Shown here: piece by piece, positions 11,973 to 23,199 of the stretch | Layout of the letters: every line of letters begins with the position of its first letter | Numbering within the stretch: position 1 is the first letter of the stretch | Assembly (NCBI GenBank): GCA_977862235.1 | Contig: OZ374558.1 | Location: 3,038,001 to 3,102,000 of the forward strand | Reading direction: 5' to 3' | From: Dudresnaya verticillata | Taxonomy: Eukaryota | Length of the DNA: 64,000 nucleotides | Notes under the pieces: model-generated | What the model was told of the DNA's origin: nothing | Seen by the model: only the letters and a program-made list of their open reading frames with translations | Databases searched by the model: none | Program-made: the position numbers and the translations under genes

Positions 11973-14776
11973 CTAAGAGTCACGGCGACGCCTCTTCGGA
12001 GCCGGGGCAACTGTATCTTCCTCGTTGCCCCCCTGACCAGTTCGTAAGTTGGGTTCTCCAGTCGGATCCGATTGGAATGTGCGCTGCGTATTGTCTCCCA
12101 AGACGCGAATCGCATTATCCATACGCCGAAGCTGACGACGGACCACTGCACGGAGATGAATCACCTTCTCCATCAGTCCCTACGCTAAGGTTAGCGCCTC
12201 CTGAACGGATCCTGGCAATGGGAAGCGCTGTGTACGCCAAATACCCCGTAGCACCTGTAACCCGCTTTCCGTAGCGGCTAAGTGAGCCGGAGCCGTAACG
12301 GTGGGATCCTCATCTTCTTTGAACCCTACCTTCGGGGATATTGACGGCTTATCCCTAAGCCCGGCTTCGATTGAGTGCTCCGTTGAGGAAACCACCAATA
12401 CGGATGGTCCCGACTCGGGTGAAGGTACTTCCTTCCGCGGAGGTGGATTCGTGCCCTTCTCTGGAGAGGCGATATCGCTTTTCCGTATGGTTCAGGACTT
12501 AACGAGGGGGCCAAAGGCTTGTCACCAATTGCCCCGGCACTTGGGCGTTTTGGAGCCGCTTCCGGTACGGTGATCGGTGCCTCACTCACCACTGGTGTGG
12601 CCGCGGGTGCCAACAGCAGAGCACTGAGCGGGAGCGGTTCGGTGGCTGCAGGCATTTTCTTCGCAGGAGACAGTGCCGCCGGCACCGTACCCGGCGCTAC
12701 TTCCGAAACGGTCTGCTCCTTCGAAGCCCCATTCTTGGATGGTGCCGCGGGCTTGGGCAACGCCACAGTAGGCGCAACCACATCTATGGGCGTCGGGGCC
12801 TGATCCGATACGGGAGTAGTAGTCTCACGATCTACATCGCGCGACGTGGGTGTAGCGACCACCGGAAGGCCTGGAGCGGCTATTTCATCAATATCCGCTG
12901 CCATGGGTGCGACGGGCATGACCTCCTCCTGCTCTTCCAAGAAGGGACCAGCTTCTTGCTATCTCCTGAAAGCTCCCCCAATCTTCGGCCCTGTCCAAAC
13001 CGTCACGGTACGCATCCCTTGGTGCTTGGCGAGGCGCATAACCGCGATGGGCCTGCTCCTCTATGGCCAACCATTCCGGACGCGGATCTTCTCGATGAAA
13101 GAAATATGGCTCACCCACTCCGGGCCTAAGCGGGGGCACCGATAGGACACGGTTCTCATCCCAACTATACCCCAAGAAGCCCGGAGTGCGTTGCCAATCC
13201 TGCTCTGCGTGTACAGATAAAAGACGCTCAACCCGATGGAGAGGATACGCCGACCCCGTCACCAAATCGGCTGCGCCGACTTGGCGAATTAGGGAGATCA
13301 CCGTCACGGGAAGTTGAAAAATACGGCCACAGTCTCCTCCGGGTAGGTCACCTTCGTCACGCGGGAAGCAGCGCCAGTTGGATAACTTGGTATTGTACCG
13401 CACTCCGTAGTAGACAACCTGGAGCCACGAAAATAGCACCAGCATTGCCCACTCCGATCGGAAGATGCGCGAAAGCACGTCGAGCTGATCTTGGTTCGGG
13501 GGACGCTCTCCATTCGGATGTTCGCGATTCCACTCCCGCTCAGTGAACAGATTCGCGGAGACGTTCGCCACCACAGAAGGCGTGGGCACGGATAAACAAC
13601 GGGTTACCTCGTAGCTACCCCACCACGACGGAGCTGTGAGGTAGAGCTCATGTCGCATCCGATACGGAAGGTGGAAGAACTCCTTGTTATTCCACGTGTG
13701 CGAGATGAGTGGACCCACATGCATTCCGTCTCGGTAGAGACCGCAATCCGCAATCGGTGTTCCGTTGCCGCGGCGTCTTTCCACCCGTCGGCATAGCGGA
13801 ACCATTACGCCGATTGGTCATACCGTGGATCCGAGCAGATGAATTGCACCCCGATCGGTGCACCCCGCAGACGGAACGCCTTGGCCAACAAGCGGCTCAC
13901 ATTCGCGGTATACAAAACTTCTCCGTGACAACGGTACCACAACAAATCCGAAACGGTATTGGTGCGTTCTTGGCAGTAGTTATGCACCCATCGGCTTTGC
14001 CACACAAACGCCCGCCGGTTGGGAACGAGACCAATTCGCTGGTTTGCCTTGAAGGGCTGCTCCGAAACGGCTTGGTATCGTCGCGCTTCCAAAACGGTTG
14101 GGTAACCCTCGATGAAGTACGACATTGTCATCGGCGGTATCACCTTCGCGCGTTCCGCATCGGATCTCGCCGGGCGCCCAGCACGGTGGTCGAAATGGTG
14201 CCCTGGCCAGTATCCACTTGGGGCAGGGCCCTCACCGCTACGGGTATGCGCCATCGGCGTCCAAGAGCCTGAAGCAGGCATAATGCTCCGCACTGGCACC
14301 CGCGACCGTTTCGGAGTGCTGCCTGACGGATATGGGCTCGCACCCATGCTCCGCATCGGCATTGAGACTGGGGTCGATGGCGTCCGTAATGGAATGGATG
14401 GTAGGTCCGCCAAGTTGAGCTCCTCACCACCACGTCGGACCTCCTCCTCATCATCCTTGGTCGACTCTTCTCCGTCACGATGGGTCGCTGTATTCCCTAA
14501 CCGGGCGCTCCTTGTGGCTGCGCCAGCAGCAAACTGATTCGGATCGTATACAGACTAGCTCCGGCCCGCTGATAGTGCCTGTGACGGTTCCGCTGCGGGA
14601 ACGTCCGCGCGACCACGCGTCGTGCGTGGTGCCACAACCGTAGAGGAAGAGGCCTGCGCTTGAGTCGAAACATCCGTAGCGGTAGGCGCGCCCGGCGCTC
14701 TCGTCGTCGAGCTCGCGCGGGTACGCCGCGTCGGTTGAAAGGGGGAGGGGGAGCGTTTGCTCTTCTCCCCTGCCAT
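11973..14776 (-). pseudogene. Antisense accessory ORF of Gypsy A (unknown function), disrupted
   Basis: Fragments 14555-14896, 13805-14413, 12888-13805, 12326-12940 and 11973-12173 are colinear with the ORF of copy B (MAGEKSKRSP...PAPKRRRRDS). Confidence 0.85.
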
Positions 14777-14911
14777 ATTGGAAGAAGGCGCACGAAGGAG
14801 AAGGAAAAGTGGAGGACGGTAGCCGTATCGGTTGTGTGTGTGGGTGTGGAAGCGATGGCAATCCGTAACGGTGGGCGCCCGAGGACGTGGCGCCATTTAA
14901 GGAGGGGGGTC

Positions 14912-15606
14912 TGTGGTGAAGTGAGTGGTGGCGCGTGTGCAGCGCGCCGACGGCGAGCCAACCGTAACGGGTGATGTGGCAATACGCCACGCTGATGATC
15001 CGGCAACGTGTAACCGTCTCGGGTGTGTACGCATTACTGTGCACTGGTACGCATCGCTGTACTGTGAGTGGAGCGCATCAACCGTAGCGGAGTATTTGTA
15101 GTATTTATTCTCTATTTTTAGTGAGTATCTGTACAGTGTGTAGAGAAGCGCGCCAGCCAATGAGAATGCTGCGCATGTCCGTGTCGGAGATTGGGACCAG
15201 CAGGGCCGATTCCACCATAGGAGCAGACCACTAGAATCTGGTCCCCACGGACCGGACCGCTCGGTACCACCCTGACCTGTATATCAGGGCGGCACCGCAG
15301 CGGCTCCTAGGGTAAAAGGGCAAGCAACCCTTGAGCCTCAATCCCCCTGTAGCTCTTTCCTTTACGGTTTTCCCCGCGGCGAGCCCGTTGCGGTCTACCA
15401 CCACCACCGTTACGGAGTCCGTCCCGGCACTTGTACCACCCCCTTGTCTGTTGCTTCCCAATATCCGTTTCGGTTAGCCGCTCGCTGTTCTCCCGTCTCG
15501 GTGAGAACTGCTCTACCACCCCGTGGAGGTAGTGTCGCTCTCGTCCCGTGTAGGAAAGTTAGGCCAGCTGTCCGTTACGGAGTTCGTGGGTTTTCACTAC
15601 ACCACA
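14912..15606 (+). repeat. 3' LTR of Gypsy A (695 bp)
   Basis: TGTGGTG...CACCACA termini, preceded by a polypurine tract. Confidence 0.95.
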
Positions 15607-16655
15607 GTCTCACGTATGTTGGCGGTTACGAAGTGCGCCAGCAAGTCATACGGAGGTGCACGCGCGTCGTGGAGCTCGGAGCCGTTCGAGCAGGAAACAA
15701 CGGGAAAACACGAAGGTGTCAGCGATTTCGTATTCGGTGCGCACTGTAATGCGAATGCCATCGTGGCGCGCGCACAGTATGCGCACTGTAATAAGTTTGC
15801 CATCGTGGCGTGCGCGTTCACGGAGTCACTTCAAAATTCTTATTTCTCAAAAATTTCACGTTGACCACAGAGTCGTTTTGCGCACAGCGTCTATACCGAA
15901 TGGCCCCCTCCTCAAGAGCGAATTTCCCGGTCGCAGGTTACGAATCACGAATTAGCGTGGCCCGGTTTCCCTCAGAGGAGAGTGTGCGTGCCATCCGAGT
16001 GGCAGCGCGGCGGTGTATCGAGCGTTGTCTGTGTTACGCTTGGGTCCGGGCCTCTCGATCTCGGTCATTGCACTCATCGGTCTCAACACCGCAGCTCACG
16101 GTCTGCGCGTGTTTCGTTTTCTCCTCGTGCGCTTCGTAGCGGCTGTTGCGGCTTGCCTCGTAGCATCGTGTCGCTGTTCGCCTTGCTCCGTGGCGTATCT
16201 TACTCGGCTTCGATTCGTAGATCTCGCTGTTGCTCCGTTGGCTTCGCTGGTTCGTGGCAGTCAGTTTCGATCTTCGTGGCCCAACGCTGCTGGTCCTCCG
16301 TGGGATACGCTTTCGGGACTCGTACGATTTTCTTTCCGCCAGCCTTGTATCTATAGTCACGTAGTTGGTCACGTAGGTGGGTAGTATCGTAGGTTCTTGT
16401 AAACAAGTACGGAGTTCGGGGTCCGATTGACCATCACTCGTAGACTTAGCCTCCGAACGATTGCGGAAGTCATGAAAAGGAAATGACTACTTTATTCGGA
16501 GGAAGTAGTAATCACCAAAACAATGACTAACCCAAAGTGGCTTGTATGCCAGTAGAATGTAGAAGATAGAGACTAGAACACTTCTTCGCATTGTGAAGCG
16601 GCAACAAACGAAGGAAAGAGTTTGAAGGAAAAGAGCGTGGGAGGGTGGGTGGGAG

Positions 16656-16890
16656 AACGAAGGAAAGAACTTAGCGGCTCGGCTCAGGTGGCACAACATC
16701 TGCTCCTCTAGTAGACCGGGATTGCTTCCGATCTCAGGGGAACAAATCTCAGCAGTTGCCACCCAGCCCGAGTGTGCAACCCAGAATCAGCCTGCGTCCA
16801 GTACATTCTGATTTTTAGTACGCTTGGCTTGCTCGCTGTCCCCAATATGATCTTTTCAAGTGCGTAAAGTGATTTGTACACAACCTGAAA
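16656..16890. repeat. Direct repeat A2 of the DIRS-group element
   Basis: Three mismatches to 20594-20828 by eye. Confidence 0.9.
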
Positions 16891-17893
16891 ATACGGTACC
16901 GGAGCGAGGACAGTACCTTGATCCTGCGAAGCGTACGGAGGGGACGGGAACGAGGATGTGGTAGGCTCCCGCAGTGACCAGAAGTAAAGATTCATTTCCG
17001 TCGACAGGTGCAGACGTGAATCATAGTAAACGTTGACCACCATAGTGCTACTACGCCAGCCCCCTCGAGTAGTGATAACCGGAAGTGGTACACCAAGGAG
17101 GACTTGCGCTGTAACACTTCCACTGCGAAGGCTGTGCGAAGTATATGAAGAGAAAGGAGGCGCAACAACTTGTAAAGCCGTAAGACATGCCGCTAGGGCA
17201 TCTGAAACAACTTGAGGGCGTAGGGCGAGGCCCGGGCGCGCCCAGTAGAGATCGTCAGGATATGAAGAACGCTGACGGAGAGTAAAATATCGACGCTGTA
17301 GGGCCAGAGGGTTTCTGGAGGCAAATGCAGGTGGACTATGCCTGCAGGTCAGGGAGCAGGCGCCAACACCCCTGATCAGTCGCCCTTTGAGCGAACGTGG
17401 ACGAGCAGTTAGAGTGACGGCGTTACTATTGACAGCACAATGGACGTCTTGAACATGAACTGTACGGACGGAGTTTTCTCTTCACGACATCAAGAACTGG
17501 AACTCCACCAACGCAGCCTGATGTTCCTCGAGAGAACCTGGAAGCGCTTGCAATCCCATCTGTCGAATGCGGAAGACAATTGCGGCTGGCAGTGCTGCGC
17601 GAACATCCGAAAGCTCGCCACGCTGGTCATCTTGATAGCGAAATGCGCGCAAGAGGTCGGAGTGAGGGTTACCATGGAGTGGATCCTGAAGACCTTGACG
17701 CTGATGCATCGTGCGTATGGACGAAATGTAGTGATCTAATACGTCCATGTATACGATCTTCTTCGAACAAGAATCCCACGTACGCTAGCACAGTACCCAC
17801 ATGAGCCGGAAGGTCGCGATGGCCATTCCGCGCGCAAAAGCGTTGGAACTTCCGCCATTGACTGGTTTTAGTCCGATCAGTGGAGGGCGCCAT
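16708..17893 (-). pseudogene. Tyrosine recombinase (frameshift and stop)
   Basis: SQWRKFQRFC...VLAYVGFL, YISSIRTMH, EFQFLMS*RE, YTSHSLRSGS, RGGWRS, NVYY catalytic-type motifs by manual translation. Confidence 0.85.
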
Positions 17894-17904
17894 TCCGTGC
17901 CCCG

Positions 17905-19942
17905 CTAAGGTGACCGCAGCTCTTCCTGCGGAGATGGAAGGGACGAGAGTAGCGATCCTCCGTTGCAGTGCTTGGCCGGCTGTGTCCCTACTTCTGCCAA
18001 TAGTAGTCCCCAAGAGGGGTTGGCGCGTTCGGAAGTAAAGAGCGGATGGCCGGGAGCGTGGTTGATGACGCGGCTGCTGAGCAATAGCTGACGCAGTAAG
18101 CCGCACCAGGGCGCTCCCGTCCAGTGGGGCACCAAGATGACGCCTTGAGCGCCCTCCGCCCGGATTTTCAGAAGCGTAGCGTTGATCCATGGCGGTGGGG
18201 GGTTCCATAGCCGGCTCTTCCCGTCGCCCCAGTGCTCGCCGAACTGGGCGACTATTACCTTGCGACGGGCGGTTGGGGCCTCCCCGAGAGGCCAGTAACG
18301 CCGCACGACTTGTAATTGGAGCGAAGTCGCGACGGATTGCAGCAATGAGGGCGTCACCCGGAGGTCTCTGGGGTTCCAAGTCCGGCTCAACGTGTCCGCG
18401 TGTCGGTTCAAAGCCGAGGGGAGCCATTCGGCTCGGATCGTTACCTTCATTTGGACGAGCAACGGGTGTAGCAGACGGAGTTCTTCCATAAGTTCCCTCT
18501 TTGCGGAAACCATGTTCGAAATTATATGAAGGACAGCCATATTGTCTATGTGTAGGAGCAGCATAGACTGATCGCCCGACAGGCGAGCCTGTACCATTGC
18601 GTCTTGTAGAGCCATGCGAACAGCGGTAGGTTCCCGAAGAGTAATAGACCTTAGCCTGAGGAATAGGGACCAGATGCCTTGCACCTCGATTTCCCCTGGC
18701 GAGCCGGCTTGCATATCGCGTCCGAGCGTTGCACCGTAGCCAACATCGGCATCATCGGTGTGCAGGCACCAAGCCGGCTGGCCTCCGCCAATCAGCCGAC
18801 CGTCGCCCGCCAACATGGTTGCCCAAGATTGCAGATACCTGAGTCCCGCATGGCTCAGCTTCACTGTACGCTCTGGGTAGCGCCCACGTCGCTGCGCGTC
18901 GTCCTTCAGAGCGTCGTACAAGCTGCGAGTGAAGAAGCGTGCAAGGGGAAGGGGAATAAGCTGAGAGACAGCCTTTCCGCAAAAGCTTTCCAAGACATTC
19001 TACCGGACCCAGCGACTTCTCTGCCGAGCCGTCCTGAGTAGCAAACTGGCCATTTGCTGAAGCTGCAAGAGCTTGGGAGGGGAGATAAAATACCTGAGCG
19101 ACACATATCTATGACGAGACCCAAATGCTCGATACGTATAGTACCGGTTCCCCACACGCCCTTGGCCGGATGTCGTACCATTCCTAATTTCTCGAAGAGA
19201 CGGTCCAGCTTTTCCGATACCATTGCACAGTCTGATGTGGTACTGCGTCTGCTTCCGCCCCTGGTGCGATGAGATAGTCGTCCAACCATACTAAAACGCG
19301 AAGAAAAAGTTCGTCGCGCATGTAGCGGGCAAGAGGACTTAGGAGCTTGACAAACCAGAATGGTGATGCCGTCCATCCGAACGGTAGAGCAATAAAACGG
19401 TAGTACCCACCATCGTACCGAAATAGAAACCAGTCCCACATCCGCTGGTGTAGTACAAAATGCCGGTATCCCGAGGACCAGTCGAAGGACAAAAGGTGGT
19501 CCCCGGGACACAGGCAAGACCCGAATGCGGATTGCGTCTCCATGCGCGCAGATTTCTTGTCCCAATGAGTGCTCTGCTATTTGAGATTTATGATGAATCG
19601 AGGCTTCTCCTGATGCCAGGTAACGAAAGCGCTTGACAATAGGAAGCCGCGTTTGAGTTGATTCTGTGCATGCTCGGAACTCACCTGTTGGTAAGTCCCG
19701 ATGGTACACCCCTCTCGCAGCTCCTTCCGTCGAAAAGAGAGGTCTTCTGGGCTTTGAGGGATCTCTGGAAGCTCCCGTCCGGTGGTGAACGGGCGCTGGG
19801 GAGGGTCCCACACTCCGAACATCAGAGTGCGGATGACAAAGGCGGACGCGCGGATTTGCTCCCAATTCCGCGCTCTTCGTCGAGTTCCGGCCCACCGGGC
19901 TTGGCCCCAGTGAACCTGAACCGGGCTCTGTCGCGGTGACAT
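17905..19942 (-). pseudogene. RT / RNase H / methyltransferase-like polyprotein of the DIRS-group element (fragmented)
   Basis: KPRFIINLK, FDWSSGYRH, ALPFGW...WLDDYL (RT); LHTDD...HIDN...NRHADTLSR (RNase H); LWNPPPPWI...LLKI...ILVPHW (DIRS MT-like). Confidence 0.85.
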
Positions 19943-20535
19943 TACCCCTTATGGTCTGGCTTCTTGCTACCGTTGGTAGCATCCTTCGCCAGACTCTTTG
20001 CAGTCTCGGTGACGTACTTGGCAGATAGTTCCTGGTAGACATCTGCATACGCTTCTGATGGGACTTGATGTCGCTTCGCTTCGACGCGGGTTTCAACAAG
20101 TTCAGCAATCTGGTTGGCCTGACTCTGCCCCTTTGCCAGTACTGTCTGGAAATGGGCGGTACGCATCGCGAGAACCTCACGCGCACCATTGAGCCCCTCC
20201 TCGAGAAGTCCGAGCAAGCGGGACTGTTTGTCCGTATCCGTTTCGCTGACCAGTAGGGAGAGAGCGGCAAGGGACTGTTCAATCCAGCAACCAGCCGAAT
20301 GGACATATTCGAGCTCTTTCGCGTTGTGACGGTCCTTTCGATGAGTCTCGAGGTATAAAGTAGTCTCAGGCTTAAAGAACCCGACCTCGTTTGGAAGAAC
20401 GAGGCTTGAGCGAGGCCATAAAGCCCTACGCCCCACCATACCAGCAGCAAGCTGGTGGTTGACAAGGGAAACATAATCAGTAGGGTCTGCAGGCGAAATA
20501 GAAAGGGGAGATATGGAAGAGTTGGGTTCCGACAT
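19942..20535 (-). CDS. Putative gag-like ORF1 of the DIRS-group element (197 aa)
   Basis: Helical-looking ORF between the 5' repeat and RT; assigned by position only. Confidence 0.55.
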   Translation of the reverse strand: MSEPNSSISPLSISPADPTDYVSLVNHQLAAGMVGRRALWPRSSLVLPNEVGFFKPETTLYLETHRKDRHNAKELEYVHSAGCWIEQSLAALSLLVSETDTDKQSRLLGLLEEGLNGAREVLAMRTAHFQTVLAKGQSQANQIAELVETRVEAKRHQVPSEAYADVYQELSAKYVTETAKSLAKDATNGSKKPDHKG

Positions 20536-20593
20536 TGGTTTGAGTGGTTCACCTGTCTAACGACGGAAATCCTTTGTTCTCAACCTGGATGAC

Positions 20594-20828
20594 AACGAAG
20601 GAAAGAACTTAGCGGCTCGGCTCAGGTGGCACAACATCTGCTCCTCTAGTAGACCGGGATTGCTTCCGATCTCAGGGGAACAAATCTCAGCAGTTGCCAC
20701 CCAGCCCGAGCGTGCAACCCAGAATCAGCCTGCGTCCAGTACATTCTGATTTGTAGTACGCTCGGCTTGCTCGCTGTCCCCAATATGATCTTTTCAAGTG
20801 CGTAAAGTGATTTGTACACAACCTGAAA
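20594..20828. repeat. Direct repeat A1 (5' end) of the DIRS-group element
   Basis: Copy of 16656-16890. Confidence 0.9.
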
Positions 20829-21445
20829 TCGTCGATCCTGAATTTTCGAAATTTTTGCGCGACTCGATTCGCCGTAATTTGGTTTCGAAAAAACGCGGGA
20901 CGCTGTCATCGAGGCACGTGAAAATCGACCGCATGGCCCCCTCCTCAAGACGAAGGCGCCCGCGTCGACGCTGCGCGGGGCGCCTCACGATTTCGGGCTC
21001 CTCGGTGAGCATCGCGAGCGTCTCGAGGACCATGTAGAGGTGGACGAATGAGCACCGGGGCCCCGGCTTCGAAATGGCGTGAACCTGCGGGCAAACGATG
21101 CAATACGAAGTGATTCACGGTTCGGGACATCGGGGTGCGTCAAACGAACTTCGTGCGCGGAAACCGGACTCGACTTGGGCTTCAGATATCAGAACAGCCT
21201 AGGGAAACACGGAGATCAAACGGAATGGATATCGGGGCTTACGTTCACGAATGGTGTGCAGGTGGATGCAATCGATGGAGTACTGTACGCGAAATAACAG
21301 GACGTTCGCGTTGTAGACAACCGGGTATTGCGAGTCGTAATTGGCCTTGACTTCGGCGTCCGCGGAGACTTTGAGTATCACGGAGAGAAGACGGATTTGA
21401 AATCGCAGCTCCGGTTCTCGAACGTCGTGGATGCGGATGCCACCC

Positions 21446-21974
21446 AAAGTAGAAAAGGGCAAGCCTGGCGTAGGCTGGCTTGCCTTTGTTTACTCGAGCC
21501 CAGAGGGGCGACTACTAAATAGACTACAGGGCCTGCGGCGGCACGAACCAGGGAGGTGCGCCGGCGCGCCCCGATACGCGTCGACGCGTACGGGTATAGG
21601 TAACCCGGGGGCGCCCACGGGCGAAACGGTCCACACGTACTCAACGGCTCGAAGCCGGAGTACGCTCGCGCGTGTCACGCACTCAAAGGCTATATGCCGG
21701 AGTGCGTGCGCACGGCGCCCGGGACAGCAGGGCGTTCGACCGCCGCTTACACTAAACTTACTGTACATTACACAACAATAAACGTACAAGTTACACGGGA
21801 GTGTCAGTGTCATACGCGTACACGCGTACGCGCGGGCGCCACAGCGCACTTCCTTACAGTTCAGCGGGGCTTCGGCGCCACCTGCTGACAGCGTGCGCAC
21901 AGCGGTGCACACGTGGCGCAGCTGGTCTTACTGCTGCGCGGGCGTGGCACAGTTGGTCTTACAGCTATGCCACA
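21446..21974 (+). repeat. Dispersed LTR-like repeat (family ending GCTATGCCACA), partial
   Basis: Homologous to 31290-31744, 30647-30981 (minus) and 59364-59671. Confidence 0.75.
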
Positions 21975-22816
21975 GGATTCTTGCCGACGAAGTCGAATGG
22001 GGATGGATATACCGGCGCCGATGATGGCGCTGCAGTCCGGACGCCGTGAAACGCAGACGTAACGTCAAGGACGGTTACTGCTTTACCCCAATTCCGAAGA
22101 ATATGTAAACCATCAATGAAGGCTATCTCTTAACGCCACGTGCGGAGTTTGTTCGAAACAACGTCAAATACGGCATGCCACAACGCCATGGGCTATTACC
22201 GAGCAGAACTCCCGCGCCCATCGACGTCAATGACGAGCACGTGGAAACGCCATGGGAGACGCGGAACGAACGGTGCGTCGATGAAAGTGATACGCCACGT
22301 ATAGGAATGTTATAACAAGCGGCGCAGCCGGGGTCGTCAACACTCAAGCGGGCACTGGAAGGCAAGAAGCGAAGGATGGAAGAAGGACTACGCCGATAAA
22401 GGACGTGTTTATGCCTTCGGAGGGGGTCGTGTGGTGTAAGGGGTGGGTCCGCACTTTTCCGCTCTGAACGTATTATAAGCACTAGCCGAACAACGGATTC
22501 CGCCGGAGGCGCGTTCAACTGTCGGTGGCGCAAACACTTTACTGGCGCACGCCCAGGAGGACTTCTGGGGCGAAACCACTCCCCCGCGGACGACGCATTT
22601 CGCGCGCCGCATGCGCCGCATCGGTACTGTACGGCAGCTCATTGGCCACGTGGACATGTATGACACGGAGGCAGCCTCCGTCACACGAGACGTGATACAC
22701 GGATTATACGCTACCGTCACGCGGATCTGGATTGAAACCAGGATCCACTCGAGTGTAAGGTGCGCGCCTGTAAATCTGGGGCTGATCTGGACTAGAGGAC
22801 GCCCCGACTTCATAAC

Positions 22817-23106
22817 TGTCGTGACAGATTTGTAATTTGAAATCGCTGGCCACGTGTATGACGAGGCCGGCGCAGCGGCGGCGCGACCCTTAAGGTTGAC
22901 CCGCTCGCGTGCGCTCAGCAACGAAAAGGAACAAGAGGTAAATGCACAACGTCGGACTTTCTCGTCCGTTGTGCTGTAGCCGCTAGGTCGTACGCCTGGG
23001 CCCCCTCTTTTCATAAATCTCTACCTCTCTCTACCCACCGCTGTTGACTACCGCAGGTGATCGTACACCAAGCGCAACAGTACGGTTCAGGGCACTATAC
23101 ACGACA
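22817..23106 (+). repeat. Copia 5' LTR
   Basis: TGTCGTG...CACGACA termini. Confidence 0.95.
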
Positions 23107-23199
23107 ATCCGGATTCGTATAGCCGCTCCTGTACCGATCCGTCGAGAAGGGAAGACTTGAAGAAGTGACGAAGCACCTACCACCTCGCCACCCTACAAG

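Larger units (their letters stand above)
4710..15606 (+). mobile_element. Chromodomain-bearing Ty3/Gypsy retrotransposon, copy A (decayed; 5' LTR truncated)
   Basis: Partial 5' LTR, PBS, gag, PR-RT-RH-INT-chromodomain order, PPT AAGGAGGGGGG at 14899, full 3' LTR; many stops and frameshifts. Confidence 0.95.
16656..20828 (-). mobile_element. DIRS-group (tyrosine recombinase) retrotransposon with direct repeats, decayed; 3' boundary uncertain
   Basis: gag-like ORF, RT, RNase H, MT-like domain and tyrosine recombinase on minus; 235-bp direct repeat at 16656-16890 and 20594-20828. Confidence 0.9.

Noticed and set aside
18906..20552. 548-aa minus-strand ORF in the DIRS-group element as a real protein
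   Set aside because: Overlaps the gag-like and RT frames out of phase and has no recognisable motifs
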